From positions 1 through 11,826 of IMG/VR virus record IMGVR_UViG_2917403263_000006: a stretch of 11,826 bases of DNA; one strand, 5' to 3'. Both the position numbers and the translations under genes were made by a program. The notes beneath the pieces were generated by a model. It did not search any database. It saw nothing but the letters and a program-made list of their open reading frames with translations, and was not told the DNA's origin. This document shows, piece after piece, positions 7,911 through 11,826 of this stretch; positions within the stretch are counted from its first letter, which is position 1; every line of letters starts with the position of its first letter. Origin of the DNA: a virus. Lineage: Duplodnaviria > Heunggongvirae > Uroviricota > Caudoviricetes.

Positions 7911-8134
7911 ACAGCACCTCCGTTGTAATGTTTGCCTTTCAGCTCTGCAATTTCCTGGCAGGTAATGCAAAGCTGCACACCCGGAATGGCACGGCGGCGT
8001 GCTGGCGGAATTGGCGCTTCACACTCAATGCAAAGCACGCGAGACACGCCCGGTGTTTTGGCACGGGCAGCACGGATATGGCGCTGGCGTTCTTCTTCAA
8101 CGCGCTGCTGTACGAGATCCATTGCATCAGCCAT
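7907..8134 (-). CDS. TraR/DksA-family C4 zinc-finger protein
   Basis: 75 aa, ATG 8134-8132 with AGGAG 8 nt upstream. Two CxxC pairs (CIECEAPIP ... CITCQ) in the DksA/TraR arrangement. P2-family early regions carry such a gene. Confidence 0.75.
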   Translation of the reverse strand: MADAMDLVQQRVEEERQRHIRAARAKTPGVSRVLCIECEAPIPPARRRAIPGVQLCITCQEIAELKGKHYNGGAV

Positions 8135-8367
8135 TAGTGGATCTCCTGCGCTTCGTTCTGGATTGCTTCAGCAGTCACACGCAGCAGTTCTGCTGCTTCC
8201 ACGTGGTTTAGCTGGCGGGATGTGATATGACACGCCAGGCTATCAAGGCGGGCAGCCATTGCCTCAGCCCTTGCCCGACGTTCTTCAAGACGGGCCTCTG
8301 TCAGTAAAAGATTAAGACCTGCATCATCCGGTCCGGTTTTAGTCGTGAGGGTTTCAATATTACGCAT
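8134..8367 (-). CDS. Hypothetical small phage early protein (77 aa; resembles the small Arg/Glu-rich helical proteins of P2-family early regions)
   Basis: ATG at 8367-8365 preceded by AGGAG (8-nt spacer); the track start at 8373 is a TTG. Its TAA stop overlaps the next ATG (TAATG). Confidence 0.55.
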   Translation of the reverse strand: MRNIETLTTKTGPDDAGLNLLLTEARLEERRARAEAMAARLDSLACHITSRQLNHVEAAELLRVTAEAIQNEAQEIH

Positions 8368-8434
8368 AATCAATTCTCCTGAATTTAGATAAAGGGATGC
8401 CCGGCGGGTTTACGCCATGAATTTCATTAATTGG

Positions 8435-8776
8435 TTAATTCGGCATGGTTAGCCGTCTGGGAAATAAGCTCACCACTGCACGAAAATGATTCATTGCTTT
8501 AATCAGCTCCCGCTTTTCGTCAGTGGTCAGCTCATTAATGCTGATGCTATGACGTTCAGCTGGAATTTTTGCCATAAAGAATATGGCAGCCAGTGCCCGT
8601 TTATTTTGTTCATTATTGATATCCCGTGGATCACGCATATCTTTAATAAACCGCTCAAGCTCTGACTCAATATTAAGGCCAAATACTTTCGCCCTTAACT
8701 CCGCAATATGATTAAGTCCATTCAGGCGTTCACCGGGGCTTAATGGAACAGTCGCCGCAGCGCCTTCAATAGCCAT
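8435..8776 (-). CDS. Hypothetical phage early protein (113 aa)
   Basis: ORF with ATG at 8776-8774 preceded by a G-rich RBS; overlaps the upstream small ORF by 37 nt in another frame. No motif recognised. Confidence 0.5.
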   Translation of the reverse strand: MAIEGAAATVPLSPGERLNGLNHIAELRAKVFGLNIESELERFIKDMRDPRDINNEQNKRALAAIFFMAKIPAERHSISINELTTDEKRELIKAMNHFRAVVSLFPRRLTMPN

Positions 8777-8940
8777 TTGTTCCCCCGTTTTTTCGTTGAT
8801 AGTTCTGCCAGCAATTCATCTTGTGAATGGCATGGATGCCAGCGTTTACCATCCTCACCCATGATCCAGCCGTGACCGTAGTGCATTGCCGGGCTTTGTT
8901 TTACCAGCAGCGATGCAAATGATGGTTCTTTCGTCAGCAT
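8740..8940 (-). CDS. Hypothetical small protein (66 aa) immediately after cII, in the position of the 186 fil-like gene
   Basis: ATG at 8940-8938 preceded by GAGGTG (4-nt spacer), which overlaps the cII stop. Contains HGW...HPCH. Function unknown. Confidence 0.4.
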   Translation of the reverse strand: MLTKEPSFASLLVKQSPAMHYGHGWIMGEDGKRWHPCHSQDELLAELSTKKRGNKWLLKALRRLFH

Positions 8941-8947
8941 AAGCACC

Positions 8948-9457
8948 TCACAGCAAACCGAATGAAGCACCGAGGCCAGTCACGGTATCAACTGCACTCG
9001 CCATCGCAGGATTAGCCTGTAAACGGGCCTGCAATGAAACAGCCGCCAGCGCCATCAGTCGTGTTACAGAGTTAATGCTGCTGATAGCATCACGACGACC
9101 TGCACTGGTTTTTACATCGCCAGATACCGCACCTGCAGCAACACGCCCGATCTCTGCGGTTGCACTCATGACGTAATGCGGCAGTTTCTCTTTTGCCACT
9201 TCATTAATCGGTACACATGGCAGGCAGTGAATCTGTGCCAGAAAGCCATCTACCAGCGTTGAATCTTCAGTCAGATCGGTAAGCAACCAGATTTCTGGTG
9301 CGGTTAATAAATGAGGTTGAGCTGGGTTCAGCTTGTTCCGCAGAATCTGTACATTCATGCCTGCACGTTCTGCCAGTTGCACTAGGTTGTGGCGCAGTGC
9401 GAATGCACGACAGGCTTCATCAAAATGTGGATGTTTGGAAACTTGGTAATCAAACAT
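8948..9457 (-). CDS. cII: CII-like lysogeny establishment activator (phage 186 CII family)
   Basis: 169 codons from ATG 9457-9455 (the track ORF starts at an upstream TTG). [24 protein letters not shown]...[25 protein letters not shown] closely matches the 186 CII sequence as I recall it, and the length equals 186 CII (169 aa). Confidence 0.7.
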   Translation of the reverse strand: MFDYQVSKHPHFDEACRAFALRHNLVQLAERAGMNVQILRNKLNPAQPHLLTAPEIWLLTDLTEDSTLVDGFLAQIHCLPCVPINEVAKEKLPHYVMSATAEIGRVAAGAVSGDVKTSAGRRDAISSINSVTRLMALAAVSLQARLQANPAMASAVDTVTGLGASFGLL

Positions 9458-9521
9458 AGTTTTCAACTCCGAACTTATCGCAAAATCGAACTCAGCGTCT
9501 TATTGCGAAAATAGACGTCTA

Positions 9522-9725
9522 TTAAGCAGACAAAGCATCAACAGTCAGAGCAGCTAGGTTAATCATTACCTTTTCACGTTTTTTGTCTTTACGAAGACGA
9601 TGACGAGGTAGTCGGCCATCAGCCAACATGTCGTTAATCGTATCAATAGAAAGGCCAGTTAGTTCGCTATAACGTTCGATTGTGACATGTGGTGTATTCA
9701 GAGTAATTGAAATGTTAGGTGTCAT
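9522..9725 (-). CDS. Apl/Cox-type small HTH excisionase and repressor of the lysogenic promoter
   Basis: 67-aa ORF, first gene of the leftward operon, divergent from cI. Helix-turn-helix-like segment VTIERYSELTGLSIDTINDMLADGRLP. Position matches 186 apl / P2 cox. Confidence 0.6.
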   Translation of the reverse strand: MTPNISITLNTPHVTIERYSELTGLSIDTINDMLADGRLPRHRLRKDKKREKVMINLAALTVDALSA

Positions 9726-9814
9726 AAGGCAACATTCCTTCTAGATATGGCTTGTGGCGAGCCGTTGTTTGTCGTGATTAGTAGTGAAGGCTCCAAAAGA
9801 ACTCTTCTGGTTCA

Positions 9815-9843
9815 ACTTTAAGATCGCTTTTGGAATCTGTCAA
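9815..9843 (-). promoter_or_regulatory. pR-like early lytic promoter (-35 TTGACA, 17-bp spacer, -10 TAAAGT) firing toward apl
   Basis: On the - strand: TTGACA (9843-9838), 17-nt spacer, TAAAGT (9820-9815); perfect -35, 4 of 6 at -10. It lies inside the 5-prime extension of the long cI ORF (9784-9870), which argues that extension is not coding. Confidence 0.45.
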
Positions 9844-9870
9844 CGATTTTTGGATTTCTCTGGAGGACTC

Positions 9871-10440
9871 GTGGATTTCAATAGCGGTGGTAAGAAGGCC
9901 ATAGAACGTTTGGTTGAAGCATATGGGTTTGGTACCCGTCAGGCTCTCTGTGATCATTTAGGTGTTTCTAAGAGCACCATGGCAACACGCTATATGCGTG
10001 ATATTTTTCCGGCAGATTGGGTAATCCAGTGCGCACTAGAAACAGGCATCTCACTTCATTGGCTTACGACCGGGCATGGTTCAAAGCAAGCATCAGCAAA
10101 AACAAATGCTATAGAAGTAGTAAAATATTTATTGTCTGATGGAGACTTGCAGGAAGACGGGGTTTATATTTTTGATAAGGGATTTCTACCCTCTACGTTT
10201 AAAAATCCTTTTGTAGTCACAGTTAATAATTCTGAATTTATTTGTGATAAAGAATTTGATGATATACGTGATGGTAAATGGGTAATAAGTATTGATGGCG
10301 AAATAACAATCCGCGACATTACTCGTTTACCCGGTGGGAGAATCTTCGTTGAAGGTGGAAACAGAGCCTTCGAGTGTAAGATAGAAGATGTTGAAATAAT
10401 TGGAAAAATTATAAGTTTAACAGTTAAATATGTTAGATAA
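9871..10440 (+). CDS. cI: CI-type immunity repressor (phage 186 CI family)
   Basis: N-terminal segment IERLVEAYGFGTRQALCDHLGVSKSTMATRYMRD...CALETGISLHWLTTG matches the 186 CI DNA-binding domain (LDRICEAYGF...HCALETGANLQWLLTG as I recall it). Start placed at GTG 9871 (GGAGG 4 nt upstream), giving 189 aa against 192 for 186 CI; the track ORF starts at GTG 9784. Confidence 0.75.
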   Translation: MDFNSGGKKAIERLVEAYGFGTRQALCDHLGVSKSTMATRYMRDIFPADWVIQCALETGISLHWLTTGHGSKQASAKTNAIEVVKYLLSDGDLQEDGVYIFDKGFLPSTFKNPFVVTVNNSEFICDKEFDDIRDGKWVISIDGEITIRDITRLPGGRIFVEGGNRAFECKIEDVEIIGKIISLTVKYVR

Positions 10441-10833
10441 TACCGGGGGAAACTATGCTTGGTAAGGTATTTTTTGTGGTTTTATCATGCTCTTTGTTAT
10501 TAAACCCACTAACTACCTATGCTAAAAATTAATCCTTGTTCTGGGAAAAAGGGAGGTGTCTCTCACTGTACCTCCGATGGAAAATTTGTATGCAATGATG
10601 GGGCTATTAGTAAATCCAAAAAAATCTGTACTAAATACTCACGATAAATTTTGCTCTGATATCTGCGCCTAATATAACAATGAGGCGCAGGCTAACCACA
10701 AAAGTTACATACTCACATAACAAAAAATAGCCAACTTCATTATGGCTTCAGTGAGATGTATGGTCGCGGGATCTCATACATTGACACTGGTTATATATAC
10801 AGTAAAAATGCTCTCCACTGGAGGGCATTTTTT

Positions 10834-11826
10834 ATGGCAGTACGAAAACTCACCACAGGAAAATGGCTTTGCGAATGTTACCCCGCCGGACGTAGTGGAC
10901 GTCGTGTGCGTAAACAATTCGCCACCAAAGGCGAAGCTCTGGCTTTTGAGCGTCACACGATGGAAGAAACCGAAGCAAAGCCCTGGCTGGGTGAATCAGT
11001 GGATCGTCGAACACTGAAAGACGTGGTTGAGCTATGGTTCAAACTACATGGTAAATCTCTGACTGCTGGGCAGCATGTCTATGACAAATTGCTGCTGATG
11101 GTTGACGCTCTGGGCAATCCCCTTGCAACCGATCTCACATCTAAAATGTTTGCCCATTATCGAGATAAACGACTGACAGGTGAGATCTACTTCAGCGAGA
11201 AATGGAAGAAAGGAGCCAGCCCGGTCACCATTAACCTGGAGCAAAGCTATCTAAGTAGTGTTTTTAGCGAACTATCCCGCCTGGGCGAATGGTCGTATCC
11301 AAACCCACTGGAGAACATGCGAAAATTCACCATCGCAGAAAAAGAGATGGCATGGCTTACCCATGAGCAGATTGTTGAACTGCTGGCTGATTGCAAACGT
11401 CAGGACCCAATTCTGGCACTGGTAGTCAAGATATGCTTAAGCACAGGCGCACGCTGGCGAGAAGCAATAAACCTTACCCGATCACAGGTGACCAAATACC
11501 GAATTACCTTTGTAAGAACGAAGGGGAAGAAAAACAGAAGCATCCCTATCAGTAAAGAGCTTTACGAAGAGATCATGGCGCTTGATGGGTTCAATTTCTT
11601 CACAGACTGCTATTTTCAATTTTTATCCGTGATGGAAAAAAACGTCTATCGTGCTCCCTCGCGGTCAACTGACACACGTTCTGCGCCATACGTTTGCGGC
11701 GCACTTCATGATGTCGGGTGGAAATATCCTTGCTTTGCAAAAAATCCTCGGACATCACGATATAAAAATGACAATGCGTTACGCACATCTGGCACCGGAT
11801 CACCTGGAAACTGCATTACGGTTTAA
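10834..11826 (+). CDS. int: Tyrosine integrase (P2/186 family), 3-prime end beyond the window; reading frame breaks at the A7 run 11636-11642 in the sequence as given
   Basis: ATG at 10834 (MAVRKLTTGKWLCECYPAGRSGRRVRKQFATKGEALAFE is a typical P2/186-type integrase N-terminus). The conserved catalytic C-terminus VLPRGQLTHVLRHTFAAHFMMSGGNILALQKILGHHDIKMTMRYAHLAPDHLE is present only in the +1 frame after 11642. Deleting one A gives ...DCYFQFLSVMEKTSIVLPRGQLTH..., the same length as the 186 Int segment between TDAY and LPKGQ. Confidence 0.85.
   Translation: MAVRKLTTGKWLCECYPAGRSGRRVRKQFATKGEALAFERHTMEETEAKPWLGESVDRRTLKDVVELWFKLHGKSLTAGQHVYDKLLLMVDALGNPLATDLTSKMFAHYRDKRLTGEIYFSEKWKKGASPVTINLEQSYLSSVFSELSRLGEWSYPNPLENMRKFTIAEKEMAWLTHEQIVELLADCKRQDPILALVVKICLSTGARWREAINLTRSQVTKYRITFVRTKGKKNRSIPISKELYEEIMALDGFNFFTDCYFQFLSVMEKNVYRAPSRSTDTRSAPYVCGALHDVGWKYPCFAKNPRTSRYKNDNALRTSGTGSPGNCITV

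Larger units (their letters stand above)
1..11826. mobile_element. Segment of a P2/186-family temperate phage (prophage): lysogeny and early replication module plus accessory cargo locus; both ends run off the window
   Basis: Gene content and order match the P2/186 layout (int, cI on one strand; apl/cox, cII, small early genes, dam, gene A on the other; SOS-controlled tum-like gene after A). Tight packing with ATGA/TAATG stop-start overlaps. No att site or tRNA is visible in the window. Confidence 0.8.

Noticed and set aside
7235-8225. Track ORFs overlapping dam and the TraR-like gene (7235-7558 -, 7287-7553 +, 7928-8137 +, 7932-8225 +, 7939-8127 -, 7999-8211 +)
   Set aside because: Shadow ORFs inside genes with clear motifs (DPPY methylase, CxxC zinc finger); no independent support.
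8740-8776. Possible fifth frame break between the 66-aa ORF and the 113-aa ORF (37-nt overlap)
   Set aside because: Removing a base from the nearby A6 run ends the upstream ORF early rather than fusing the two, and the downstream gene has its own RBS and ATG; read as a genuine gene overlap.
10441-10833. tRNA gene or att core upstream of int
   Set aside because: Integrases often sit next to a tRNA, but I found no T-loop-like GTTCGAATC/GTTCAAATC motif or cloverleaf here. In P2/186 the att site lies 3-prime of int, which is beyond the right end of the window.
10742-11803. Track ORFs overlapping int (10742-11017 +, 10774-10956 -, 11044-11244 -, 11600-11803 -) and the 26-codon 5-prime extension of the int ORF from ATG 10756
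   Set aside because: The integrase N-terminus MAVRKL at 10834 is the conserved family start; the other ORFs are antisense or alternative-frame shadows.
1-11826. CRISPR array, retron (ncRNA plus reverse transcriptase), IS element or toxin-antitoxin pair in the accessory region
   Set aside because: No regularly spaced repeats, no ORF with a reverse-transcriptase YxDD motif, no transposase-like ORF or terminal inverted repeats, and no antitoxin-sized ORF next to the PIN-like gene.

Overview
The window is a contiguous piece of a P2/186-family temperate phage (prophage), read in reverse orientation. On the + strand at the right are a 186-type CI repressor (9871-10440) and a tyrosine integrase (10834 to beyond 11826). 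On the - strand is the early lytic operon: Apl/Cox-like, CII-like, several small early ORFs, a TraR/DksA zinc-finger protein, a Dam methyltransferase and the rolling-circle replication gene A (4640 to about 6764). Downstream of A lies a LexA-box-controlled tum-like (DinI-domain) locus (4054-4486), then a visibly AT-rich accessory region (230-3783) in the position where P2 carries tin/old. That region holds a KAP-like P-loop NTPase ORF (2629-3732) with an overlapping downstream ORF (1839-2669), and a separately transcribed PIN-like protein (230-1315). I read it as a candidate, uncharacterised anti-phage defence or abortive-infection cargo; I cannot name it as any known system from sequence alone. 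Four reading-frame breaks (tum-like, gene A, the NTPase junction, int) each sit at an A/T homopolymer run and each is repaired by removing one base. The gene A and int breaks are supported by conserved motifs; the other two are inferred. This points to homopolymer sequencing error or recent slippage rather than long-term decay. No tRNA, rRNA, CRISPR array, IS element or reverse transcriptase was found. All family assignments are from motifs read by eye and recalled family knowledge; no database search was run.
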